A stretch of DNA of 64,000 nucleotides from an uncultured Alphaproteobacteria bacterium (GTDB taxonomy: Bacteria; Pseudomonadota; Alphaproteobacteria; Rs-D84): assembly GCA_944389235.1 (NCBI GenBank), contig CALXLO010000002.1, positions 54,327-118,326 of the forward strand, written 5' to 3'. The notes under the pieces are model-generated. The model ran no database searches. It was not told the DNA's origin and saw only the letters and a program-made list of their open reading frames with translations. Positions 25,934-35,421 of this stretch are shown here, one piece after another. Every line of letters starts with the position of its first letter. Position 1 is the first letter of the stretch. A program made the translations under genes and the position numbers.

Positions 25934-28711
25934 TTATTTACCCCAGTATTTTCCAATAACATAATCTGCCGCCAAAGGAACAGATAGTTTTGCAACATTT
26001 TCCATTTCTGTTTCAATTTGTTTTGCAAATTGTTCTGCCAGATTTTCATCGCATTCAAATATTATTTCATCGTGTACCTGCATAATCATGCGAATTTTGT
26101 CTGAATCAGGACGCACTATTTTATTTTCAATATTTACCATTGCGCGTCGCATCAGGTCTGCTTCGAATCCCTGGATTGGCGCATTAACAGCGGCACGCAG
26201 GGCATACGCGCGCATACGCGGATTTTTAACCTCTGGCAATTCTATGCGACGACCCCACGGCGTATAAACGCATGCGTTCTTTAATGCAAAATCTTTTATT
26301 TTTTCAATATATTCGCGAATTTCTGGTAATCCGGCCATATAAGAATTTATTATTTCTTGGGCGGCGGCGCGCGATATCCCCAATTGCCCGGACAGACCAA
26401 ATGATGATATGCCGTAAATAATTGAAAAGTTTACTGTTTTCGCGGCACGCCGTAATTCGCGCGGCACCGGTGCGTCGGCGGCAATGCCAAATATTTGACG
26501 CGCTGTTTGTTCGTGTATATCGGCACCTGCGTTAAATGTTTCTTTGAATGTGTGCACATTTGCAACATCTGCCAACAGACGCAGTTGTATTTGTGAATAA
26601 TCCGCAGATATTAATACACGACCATCTGGGGCGATAAAGCATTTTCTGATTTCTTCGCCCAGTTCTGTTTTAATCGGGATGTTTTGCAAGTTTGGGTCGC
26701 GACTGGACAAGCGACCAGTATTGGTGCTGGTTTGTAAATATGTTGTGTGAATACGCCCGTCAGATGCAATTTGTCGCGGCAACGCGTCCGCGTATGTGCC
26801 CGCCAGCTTTGCGATTGAACGCCATTCGGCGATTTTTTCTATGATTGGATGTTCGTCAGCCAAATCGTTCAGTGTATCTGCGTCGGTGGACCGCTTTTTG
26901 TTTGCGGGCAAGTGCAGTTCATCAAATAACACGGTTCCCAGTTGTTTGGGGCTGGCGATATTAAATTCATGTCCGGCCATCTGCCATATTTCTGATTCCA
27001 ATTTTTCCATCTGGTTATGAAATACATTTGATAATTGTACCAGACCACTTTTATTTACCAGAACCCCCGTGCGTTCCATTTGAACTAAAATCGGCATTAA
27101 TGGCAAATCGCAATTTTCATACAAGTGGCGCAATTTTTCATTTTTGTTTAATTCTGGGCGCATAATGTCATACAGTGCCATACACACAGATGCGTCTTCG
27201 GCAGCGTATGGGGCGGCAACTGATATATCCAAGTCATCAAAGCGCATGTCTGCATTGCGGGTTTTGGGTGGAAATAATGACGCAAACGATATGTTTTCGT
27301 GTCCCAGATATTTTTGCGCTAATTCGTCCAAACCATGCCCGTGCAATGTGCCATGTAATATATATGACAACAACATTGTGTCATCTATTGGGGCGATTTT
27401 ATTGATATCCCAGCCTTCGTTCGCTAATATGTGCAAGTCATATTTCAGATTATGACCAATCTTTATGATATTTGGGTTTGTAAATATTGGCATCAGATGT
27501 TTATATACATCATTAATATCCATTTGATTTGGTGCCAATGTTTTTTCTGCGAATAAATCGTCATTTCCAATACGATGCCGAATCGGTATGTATGCGCCAG
27601 TATGTGAATCAATCGCGATGGACAGGCCAACTATGCGTGCATCAAGATAATTTAGACCGGTGGTTTCTGTATCAAATGCAATAATGTTTTTTACACGACC
27701 CAAAAATTTATCCAGTGCGTCGGTGGTTGTAATTATTTCATATTCATATTTATATGCAGAACGCGATTCGCTGTTGGGTGCGGGATTGCCTGGTATCGCA
27801 CAATCAGAACCTGGATATGAAAATGGTGCAGGGCGCGATTTTTCATCAAACTTTTCCATTGGGAACAGTTTTTCTATTTTTGTGGCCAAAGAATTGCTTT
27901 CCAATTGTTCGCGCACAAATTTTAATGCCGCCGGCGTGTCAAAGAACAAAGGACGAATTTCTAAACCAGTCAGATTAACATCTGTTTTTAATGTAACCAG
28001 TTGTTTGGAAATATATGCCTTGTCGCGATTGTCGCGCAACAGGTTGCGTATTCGTTCATTTGATACTGCGTCCAAATGTTCGTATAACGCGTCCAGTGAA
28101 CCAAACTGATTGATTAATTCAGATGCTTTTTTAGGGCCAATACCTGGTACGCCGGGTACATTGTCAGACGAATCGCCCATTAAACTTTGTACATCAATTA
28201 CTTGGTCTGGACGGACACCGAATTTTTCCATAACTTGTGGGGCGCGTATTTCGCGTTCTTTCATGCCGTCGTACAAGAATACACAATCTGATACCAGTTG
28301 CATTAAGTCTTTGTCGCTGGTAATTATTCGCGTCGCGTCGGTGGTGGTGCAATTTTCATGCGCAATTGTTGCGATTACATCATCAGCCTCGACCCCTGGG
28401 ATACATAAAACAGGAATGCCCATTGCCGCAACACCAGCGCGCACCATATATGATTGCGTTATTAAATCAGCTGGGGTTTCGTGGCGATTCGCTTTGTATT
28501 GTGGATAAATGTCTTGGCGGAAAGATTGCCGCGACGCATCAAACACGCATACAAAGGCATCGTTTGGGGCGGCGTGCGCCAGATGTGGCAAAATCATGTT
28601 AAAAAATCCGTATACTGCACCGGTTGGGGTACCATCTGCGCGTGTCAAGCGATTGTGCACGCCATAATATGCACGAAATAACAATGAATTACCATCAATC
28701 AGTGTCAGCAT
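25934..28711 (-). CDS. polA: DNA polymerase I
   Basis: 5'-3' exonuclease N-terminus (LIDGNSLLFRAYY), 3'-5' exo domain (AFDTETTGL), and polymerase motifs (SADYSQIQLRLLA, RRAAKTVNFSIIYG, QVHDEIIFE). Confidence 0.95.
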   Translation of the reverse strand: MLTLIDGNSLLFRAYYGVHNRLTRADGTPTGAVYGFFNMILPHLAHAAPNDAFVCVFDASRQSFRQDIYPQYKANRHETPADLITQSYMVRAGVAAMGIPVLCIPGVEADDVIATIAHENCTTTDATRIITSDKDLMQLVSDCVFLYDGMKEREIRAPQVMEKFGVRPDQVIDVQSLMGDSSDNVPGVPGIGPKKASELINQFGSLDALYEHLDAVSNERIRNLLRDNRDKAYISKQLVTLKTDVNLTGLEIRPLFFDTPAALKFVREQLESNSLATKIEKLFPMEKFDEKSRPAPFSYPGSDCAIPGNPAPNSESRSAYKYEYEIITTTDALDKFLGRVKNIIAFDTETTGLNYLDARIVGLSIAIDSHTGAYIPIRHRIGNDDLFAEKTLAPNQMDINDVYKHLMPIFTNPNIIKIGHNLKYDLHILANEGWDINKIAPIDDTMLLSYILHGTLHGHGLDELAQKYLGHENISFASLFPPKTRNADMRFDDLDISVAAPYAAEDASVCMALYDIMRPELNKNEKLRHLYENCDLPLMPILVQMERTGVLVNKSGLVQLSNVFHNQMEKLESEIWQMAGHEFNIASPKQLGTVLFDELHLPANKKRSTDADTLNDLADEHPIIEKIAEWRSIAKLAGTYADALPRQIASDGRIHTTYLQTSTNTGRLSSRDPNLQNIPIKTELGEEIRKCFIAPDGRVLISADYSQIQLRLLADVANVHTFKETFNAGADIHEQTARQIFGIAADAPVPRELRRAAKTVNFSIIYGISSFGLSGQLGISRAAAQEIINSYMAGLPEIREYIEKIKDFALKNACVYTPWGRRIELPEVKNPRMRAYALRAAVNAPIQGFEADLMRRAMVNIENKIVRPDSDKIRMIMQVHDEIIFECDENLAEQFAKQIETEMENVAKLSVPLAADYVIGKYWGK

Positions 28712-28731
28712 AGATTTTTTTTGCCCCCCCG

Positions 28732-29280
28732 TTAGAATATATACCGCAGTTTTACGCGCAACTCATATTGTAACAAGTCCGGATTCGTATCGGCAATTGT
28801 ATAAAAATTTGGAACATAAATTGCACGACCTTCGGTATCTACTTTGAATGGTAATACTGGTAAATCAAATGTCAAACCAATCATTGCCTGGTATGCAGTA
28901 CCGGAATTTGTTTTAACTGTTGCGTCTGGTGTGATATTTACTGCACCATCAAACGCAGTGCCAACACCAACGCCCAGATATGGATGCACAACGGTTGTCG
29001 GTAATTTTCCGTATAAGTTTATCATCCCCAGGTGCATGTCATATTCTTTGTTGTTCAAATAATCGTATTCCAGTTCAATGCGAACCAGCGGAACATCCAT
29101 CCCCAGCACAGCACCGTATGAATGTGCAGTATCAGTTGAATTATGCTTGTTTTCAAAAATAGTTGCTGCACCGACACCAATTGTCGCACCAGCGTATACA
29201 TCAATCAATGCGTCCGCATTTGCCGCCCCAGAAATTAATGAACCGGCGACCGTTAATACAGTTGCATATTTTAATTTCAT
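28732..29280 (-). CDS. Small outer-membrane beta-barrel protein (OmpA-like/OmpW-like 8-strand class)
   Basis: Signal peptide MKLKYATVLTVAGSLISGAANA, alternating beta-strand pattern, C-terminal ...LRVKLRYIF with terminal Phe. Confidence 0.75.
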   Translation of the reverse strand: MKLKYATVLTVAGSLISGAANADALIDVYAGATIGVGAATIFENKHNSTDTAHSYGAVLGMDVPLVRIELEYDYLNNKEYDMHLGMINLYGKLPTTVVHPYLGVGVGTAFDGAVNITPDATVKTNSGTAYQAMIGLTFDLPVLPFKVDTEGRAIYVPNFYTIADTNPDLLQYELRVKLRYIF

Positions 29281-29327
29281 AATTTGCTCCTTTATATGAT
29301 ATCATATTAGAAAAAAGAGTGTTAAAA

Positions 29328-29849
29328 ATGCAAGAAAATAAACCTATTTTAATTGTCGGATTGGGTAATCCTGGGGCGCAATATGATTTTACGCGTCATA
29401 ATGTCGGTTTTATGGCTGTGCGGCATTTGGTGCAATCAGATGCAGTGTGGCGCAGTGAACATTCTGCAAAAACCACAACAGAAAATATTGATGGTCGCCG
29501 TGTTATATTTGCTTTGCCGCAAACTTTTATGAATAACAGTGGCGATGCGGTGCGCGCATTGGTGGCATATTATAAAATACCGCTGGAAAATATCACGGTA
29601 ATTCATGATGATATGGATTTGAAAACCGGTACACTTCGTGAAAAAGTCGGCGGCAGCAGTGCAGGGCATAATGGTATAAAATCTATTGATGCCGCCATCG
29701 GACCAGATTATCGCCGTATCAGAATCGGTATCAGTCATCCGCGTGATTACAATATACCGATGAATCCGGCAGATTGGGTTTTAGGACGATTTTCCGATTC
29801 AGAACTGATTGAAATTAATCGTGCCATATCTGATATAAAATTGTTTTAA
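29328..29849 (+). CDS. pth: Peptidyl-tRNA hydrolase
   Basis: ...ILIVGLGNPGAQYDFTRHNVGF... and ...GGSSAGHNGIKSI... Confidence 0.9.
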   Translation: MQENKPILIVGLGNPGAQYDFTRHNVGFMAVRHLVQSDAVWRSEHSAKTTTENIDGRRVIFALPQTFMNNSGDAVRALVAYYKIPLENITVIHDDMDLKTGTLREKVGGSSAGHNGIKSIDAAIGPDYRRIRIGISHPRDYNIPMNPADWVLGRFSDSELIEINRAISDIKLF

Positions 29850-29852
29850 TAA

Positions 29853-32800
29853 TTAATGTGAAACTATCCACGATTGAATTTTAGTCCCTTCTGGAACGGT
29901 ACATCCGTCTGTGCCAGAAGAAGACCAATGATTATCTGAAAATGTGGTGGCCTCACATGTTATGATTGCCGCATTTGGATCACCAGATGGATTACGATTG
30001 TAATACATGCTAATACTTTTGATTTTTTGACCATCTGGTCGTTTGTATATATTATTTGTTTTATCTACTATCACATATTCACCGTCGCATTTGACTGTTT
30101 TTCCGCTTGGGAATGCATCATCTTTGTCTGTTTCTTTGTCGTATGTTATGCTGCCAATACATAACAGAAATTCACTTGTAGAAAGGGCAGCAACGAATGT
30201 TGAACTCGGCAGGCAAAGTCCCCCATTCGGTTTTGGTGTACCAGCAGATGCAGAATTTTGTCTAGTTGCAGTGATGTCAGTGGTTATGGCATTAATTTTG
30301 TCAGCGTTTGCTTCTATGAAATACGCTTTGTCTGTGTTATAATGCAAATTTTTTATTTCTGGAACTGGAGTTTTCATACAGCAATTACCCAGTGCATCAC
30401 GGGCACCCATTGTATCGTCTGGTGTTTTACAACAATTGTTAAATCCATTATACACATAAAACTGCCAATATTTAGGTACTGGGCAGTATTGAGTGTCACC
30501 GCCAGTAAAGGAATTTGCTGGAATACATTGCCCATTATATAATATATAACCTGGTCCGCATGATGTGTCGCGGCAGCTGTCGCGTACATCCTCGGTTTTT
30601 GTGTTTTTAGCGAACCAAGACAACAATGTTTCATTTGTTGTGTCATCAACAATTTTAATTTTATTATGTGCCGCCTTATTAGAATCTATTTGACCCAATT
30701 CATTACGACCATCCATTAATAGTGCGTCTGGTTTTGCCTCGCAATTACCCCATAATTTTTCTGTTATTCTGCATGTATAACATTTTGCAGAATCTGCATT
30801 TCCGCATTCGCTGGCACACCAATCGTATACATAATTTTTGTCGTCTGTTGGTGCCTGGGTCATAGAATTGCTGTTTGTTATGTCGTCGCCATACAGCATT
30901 TTATAAAAATTGCCGTCTGTTATGTCGCCAGATTCTTTTAATTTGGCAGTTATTTGACTGATTGTGTCATCCCCCGCATCTGCCACGCATTTATATACTT
31001 CGTCCCAACACGCATCACGGTTGATAATAGATTTTCTGTTAACTGATGTATTTATGTCTTCACACAGACCAAAATTACCAGATATTGACTTGCATGATTG
31101 TATAATACAGTTGCGGCCGATTTCGCGGCATGTTGTTAAAATTGTTTCGTATGTTTTATCCAGTGCAATATCTGTCATGCCAGACCCCCAATCGCCTGTG
31201 TCGGTATCACCGGTGCCGGTGTCGCCAACTGGGGTTAATAGTGCAGTGCATGCATTTTGCACTTCGGCACACATTTGTTTAACGGTCTTGTCTGCTTGCA
31301 CACCAAATATTGACAGGGCGCGTGCATCAAAATCTTCCAGTGATTTTGCGGTATCTGTTAAGCATTGGGTTGTTAAAGTGGTACAACTTTGACGCACTTC
31401 TTCCAGTTTGCTTTCTTGGGCCAGTTTGATTTGCGCCAATGCGTCTTCCATAAAACTGTCCCATACATAATCAGAAATATCTTGGCAATTTTCTGTCGCG
31501 CTTTCTAAATATTGCTTTTTAGAATTTAAGAATGAAACAAAACGCTGATTACCCGGTGCATCAGTCCATTTTTCATCACCTGTTGGGCGGACGATTAAAG
31601 ACCCTAAGTTAACTAAATTAGCAGTTAATATCGCTTCGCCAGTTGAAGGGTCTATGTAATGACCGCTGATGTCCAAGCATTTTTGTAAATCGGTACCACA
31701 TACAGTTGTGCTGGCCAACATATCCAGCATTTTCTTTTTGCATGTCAGTATATCATCAGAATTGCGCTGTTGATAAATGTCCAGTCTTGACATATCCAGC
31801 AGTGCGCTGCCTTCGCGAATTTTATTGCGTGCCTGGTCTTGTTGTGTTTGATATGCCTTGGCAACGGTATTGCAATCTTGTTCGATTGCCATTTGATATC
31901 CGCTTTCCACGATATCCAGTTCATCTTGGGTGCATACTTCCAGTGCCATTTCACGACAGACAGGTAATGCCGCACTGTATAATTCGGTCCCGCTTAGTGC
32001 GGTTGTTGATGCGCCCATCATTGAATCAACCGTGTCAAATGCAGCATCAATGTTTAATGACAAAGATACAGGTGCCAAATTTTCACCAAATGTCGTATCA
32101 TCAAATGTCGTGTTTAATTTTTCAGAAATTTCGTCCAGTAATTTTTTTGAATCAGATTTATCATCCTGCTGAAATGCCAATTCACCTTCGGTTGCAGTAA
32201 ATAATGCTTCGGCATCTTCTTTGTCCATATTGACGGTCAGCAATCGTTGATTAAAGTCCAACAGTTTATCTTCGATTTCAGCCAGTTGTTGTTTCATTTC
32301 ATCAAATTCTGCAATACGCGATGAACAGGCACATCGTTTTAATTGGCTGTCTTTATTGGCACAAAATTCGTCCATACAACTGTAATATACTTCGCGACAT
32401 TGTGTATAGTCGCGGTTCATTATTTCTTCGGCGGTAATGCCGGCGCGTGCAACCCGACCAGATGTTGTCAGCGTGCTGCGTGATGTTGCGGCGCGTGAAG
32501 CATTTGAAATATGCCCAGCAGTTCCACGACCGGTTGTTGCCGTGCGTGATACAGTTGCGCCCGCGCGTGATACCGTTGCCGGTAATGTGGTGCGCGCAGA
32601 TGTTGCGGCGCGTGATACCGTCGCCGCCGAACGGGCAGCAGTACGGTCAGGTGATGCAACCACAGAATGTTGTGATACGGCGGCGCGCGATGTAACATTT
32701 GTTGCACTGCGCGGTGATACCGTTTGGGATGATGATGTTGTGCTGCGTGCGGAAACATCGCGTGCAACAACATTGCCACTGCGTGCAGTGGTACCAGAAC

Positions 32801-33047
32801 GGGTTGCGGTGGTGGTATCGTTTGTCGTTGGTTGAATATTTGTTGCGCGCGAAACAGTGCCAGATGCGCCGGTGCGCGTCGTAGTTGTCTGGGGCTGTTG
32901 TGCGGATTGTTGACGGTTTGATGCAACTGTTGTTGACGCAGTGCGTCGCGTCGCCGCACGGGCGATGTCATCAGCATCGTCTGCAAACGCGCCCTGAAAT
33001 ACCAGAAATCCAAGGCATGCAGTAAAAAATAGTCTTAATCCTTTCAT
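29853..33047 (-). CDS. Very large secreted cysteine-rich protein (about 1064 aa) with a T/S/R/A-rich low-complexity N-terminal region
   Basis: Start set at the ATG giving signal peptide MKGLRLFFTACLGFLVFQGAFA; the longer ORF runs into a tRNA gene. Degenerate TVSRA-type repeats are followed by the module YTQCREVYYSCMDEFC...RCACSS, homologous to the 767..3271 protein. A SCGPGYIL motif lies near the C-terminus. Confidence 0.8.
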   Translation of the reverse strand: MKGLRLFFTACLGFLVFQGAFADDADDIARAATRRTASTTVASNRQQSAQQPQTTTTRTGASGTVSRATNIQPTTNDTTTATRSGTTARSGNVVARDVSARSTTSSSQTVSPRSATNVTSRAAVSQHSVVASPDRTAARSAATVSRAATSARTTLPATVSRAGATVSRTATTGRGTAGHISNASRAATSRSTLTTSGRVARAGITAEEIMNRDYTQCREVYYSCMDEFCANKDSQLKRCACSSRIAEFDEMKQQLAEIEDKLLDFNQRLLTVNMDKEDAEALFTATEGELAFQQDDKSDSKKLLDEISEKLNTTFDDTTFGENLAPVSLSLNIDAAFDTVDSMMGASTTALSGTELYSAALPVCREMALEVCTQDELDIVESGYQMAIEQDCNTVAKAYQTQQDQARNKIREGSALLDMSRLDIYQQRNSDDILTCKKKMLDMLASTTVCGTDLQKCLDISGHYIDPSTGEAILTANLVNLGSLIVRPTGDEKWTDAPGNQRFVSFLNSKKQYLESATENCQDISDYVWDSFMEDALAQIKLAQESKLEEVRQSCTTLTTQCLTDTAKSLEDFDARALSIFGVQADKTVKQMCAEVQNACTALLTPVGDTGTGDTDTGDWGSGMTDIALDKTYETILTTCREIGRNCIIQSCKSISGNFGLCEDINTSVNRKSIINRDACWDEVYKCVADAGDDTISQITAKLKESGDITDGNFYKMLYGDDITNSNSMTQAPTDDKNYVYDWCASECGNADSAKCYTCRITEKLWGNCEAKPDALLMDGRNELGQIDSNKAAHNKIKIVDDTTNETLLSWFAKNTKTEDVRDSCRDTSCGPGYILYNGQCIPANSFTGGDTQYCPVPKYWQFYVYNGFNNCCKTPDDTMGARDALGNCCMKTPVPEIKNLHYNTDKAYFIEANADKINAITTDITATRQNSASAGTPKPNGGLCLPSSTFVAALSTSEFLLCIGSITYDKETDKDDAFPSGKTVKCDGEYVIVDKTNNIYKRPDGQKIKSISMYYNRNPSGDPNAAIITCEATTFSDNHWSSSGTDGCTVPEGTKIQSWIVSH

Positions 33048-33121
33048 CCTGTATATGTCAATGTTAGCAAATTTTTGAAAATCTGGGCAAGTGGAATTTG
33101 ATATTTTGACATGTAATATTT

Positions 33122-33207
33122 TGGTGCGGATAGGGGGACTTGAACCCCCACGGATTTTATCCACAGCATCCTTAGTGCTGCGCGTCTGCCGATTCCGCCA
33201 TATCCGC
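33122..33207 (-). tRNA. tRNA-Leu (type II); anticodon loop reads cuAAGga, i.e. anticodon AAG; CCA encoded
   Basis: Hand fold: acceptor gcggata/tatccgc, discriminator A, D arm gcg-gaatcggcaga-cgc, anticodon arm cagca-ctaagga-tgctg, variable arm ggat-aaa-atcc, T arm ggggg-ttcaagt-ccccc. Confidence 0.8.
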
Positions 33208-33327
33208 CAGGTTTATAAGATTTTTTTAGGAACTTTTGGATATTTTATAACAAGCGGTTTTGTTTTCAACTTTTTTATGGTATAATAATTCTTGATATTA
33301 ATATAAATGTAGCAGGGAGATAAAAAA

Positions 33328-34770
33328 ATGAGATTTGTGCGTTTCTTGGCGTGTGGAACCTTTGTCGCAATGATGCCGCTGGTCGCAGGTGCCGCTGGAA
33401 CATATTATACAGGGTCATATCAGTCGCCCCAGACATCTTATGCGTCCCAGGCGTATGCAAATAGATACAGCAATCAATATTCTGGCAGTTATTATACCCC
33501 GTCGTACGCCAGTACGCGATATAATAATACATACGCCAATACAACCGGCACAGGTCGCGTCGCGCAACAGCAAACATCAGATACAGCAAATGCTGTGGCA
33601 TCATCGTCAAAAAAGACAGGGTTTTGGATGGATGCCGGGGTTTCTTATGAAAATGCGATGTGGCAATTTGATATGAAATCAGCGGGCAGTCGTTTGCACT
33701 ATGATAATATCGGATGGTATGTGTTTGATGCGGCTGCTGGCTATGCGTTTGATATCGGCAGTATGACAATGCAAATTGATGCAGGCGTTCAATATGGAAT
33801 CCAGGCCGGTGAATCAACTATGACAGACGACGACATCAGTAATGGTGGGTACTTGGTAACATCGTTGTGTAATGATACAAACAGTAATGGTCAATGTGAT
33901 TCTGATGAACCAGTGCTGGGGGACCAAATTGGGCATGCGGTATCTGTCGGTACCAGCCAGGGTGGCAGTATGCTGGGCTTTAATGCAGGAATTGGGTTAA
34001 CAGATATTTTCAAAATTGGAAATATAACATTTACCCCATCGATTGGTTATCGCTATTTACAATATAAATTAACCACAGAAAATAATAATGGTTTGGCGGT
34101 TGATACTGTGTATTGTTTTGAAGAAAACGGTGAAACGCGTTGCGCGCCAATGGTTATTGTCAGTAATGGCAACACTGATACATTGTTAAAACCATCAGAT
34201 ATAAATATGGGAATGCCGTCTGATACAACAGGGACAATAACAACACCAAATACGATGTATTTCCACCAAAACGGTATCAGTCATTCGTATGAAGTCGCAT
34301 GGTCTGGACCGTATGTTGCGTTGGATATGGGGTATGCAATAAATCAAAATAATTCAGTTAATGGTCGTATAGAATTAGGATTCCCGGGATATTCTGCAAT
34401 TGGGGACCAGCCATATCGCTATGATTGGCAACACCCAAAAAGCGTAGAAGATTCAGCCGGTATGTTCAGTGGGTTGCATTTTGGTGCCGCGGCAAACTGG
34501 TCAACTGCATTGACAAATTCTATTGCGTTGACAATCGGGCTGACTTATGATTATTATACTGTCAGTGGTGCGGATGCCAATACTTACTGGAATCGGGCAT
34601 GGTATGTTGAACAGTTAAATGCTGCGACAGAACAGGATAAGACAGCTATTCAAAACACAATTAATAAATTGGATACAGAATGTCCGGGTGGTGTGTGTTT
34701 TGCCGGTGGGGAAATAGATGCGTTCTATAAATCTATGGGCTTTCGCATCGGTATTAATGCACGGTTTTAA
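33328..34770 (+). CDS. Outer-membrane beta-barrel protein (480 aa) with a Y/S/N-rich N-terminal region
   Basis: Signal peptide MRFVRFLACGTFVAMMPLVAGAAG. Alternating hydrophobic strands; terminal ...FRIGINARF. Confidence 0.7.
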   Translation: MRFVRFLACGTFVAMMPLVAGAAGTYYTGSYQSPQTSYASQAYANRYSNQYSGSYYTPSYASTRYNNTYANTTGTGRVAQQQTSDTANAVASSSKKTGFWMDAGVSYENAMWQFDMKSAGSRLHYDNIGWYVFDAAAGYAFDIGSMTMQIDAGVQYGIQAGESTMTDDDISNGGYLVTSLCNDTNSNGQCDSDEPVLGDQIGHAVSVGTSQGGSMLGFNAGIGLTDIFKIGNITFTPSIGYRYLQYKLTTENNNGLAVDTVYCFEENGETRCAPMVIVSNGNTDTLLKPSDINMGMPSDTTGTITTPNTMYFHQNGISHSYEVAWSGPYVALDMGYAINQNNSVNGRIELGFPGYSAIGDQPYRYDWQHPKSVEDSAGMFSGLHFGAAANWSTALTNSIALTIGLTYDYYTVSGADANTYWNRAWYVEQLNAATEQDKTAIQNTINKLDTECPGGVCFAGGEIDAFYKSMGFRIGINARF

Positions 34771-34779
34771 GATTAAACA

Positions 34780-35397
34780 ATGAAAAAAAACATATTACGC
34801 AGTTTATTTATTGTGATGGGGGCGATTACGGTTGTTGGTGCCCATGCGGCAGAATTGTCGGGCGCGGCATCTGTTAATATTACCAGTGATACTGCCGCCG
34901 CTGCCAAAGATATTGCTTTTGATGAAGCCAGACGGCAAATAATATCGGATGCGCTGGGGCAATATGCCAACCCAGAACAGTTGGCAGATATTGTCAGCAA
35001 GGCACCAGTTAATGATTTAACTGAATTAATCGCGTCATCCAGTGTTGATGGGGAACAGCAATCTGATACTACATATTCTGCGACAATAACAATGACAATT
35101 AACCGTGATGCTGCGCGTCAATGGATGAATGATAATTATATTCAAAATTGGCTGACAGACGGTCGGACAGGGGATGTTTTTGTCGCGCATATTGTTATGT
35201 CAGATAAATTGGCACGCTGGATTGAATTAAATGACATTGTGCGTGAAAATGATATTGATATGAATACCCAGTTTATTAATGGAAATCAAATTACAGTTGA
35301 AATTCCTGCGTCGCAGCGTGCGATATTTACAATTGCTGTACGCGATGCAGGGTGGCGACATGCAGACCAAGACGGTGTTTTGCATATATCAAAATAA
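34780..35397 (+). CDS. Secreted protein of unknown function (205 aa)
   Basis: Signal peptide MKKNILRSLFIVMGAITVVGAHA. Starts 10 nt after the preceding outer-membrane protein gene. Confidence 0.6.
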   Translation: MKKNILRSLFIVMGAITVVGAHAAELSGAASVNITSDTAAAAKDIAFDEARRQIISDALGQYANPEQLADIVSKAPVNDLTELIASSSVDGEQQSDTTYSATITMTINRDAARQWMNDNYIQNWLTDGRTGDVFVAHIVMSDKLARWIELNDIVRENDIDMNTQFINGNQITVEIPASQRAIFTIAVRDAGWRHADQDGVLHISK

Positions 35398-35421
35398 TTT
35401 CATCAAAAAAATGGGACTGAT

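Noticed and set aside
33048-33164. N-terminal 39 codons of the 1103-aa ORF (MDKIRGGSSPPIRTKILHV...)
   Set aside because: This stretch runs into the tRNA gene at 33122..33207. The internal ATG at 33047 gives a canonical signal peptide, so the CDS was shortened.
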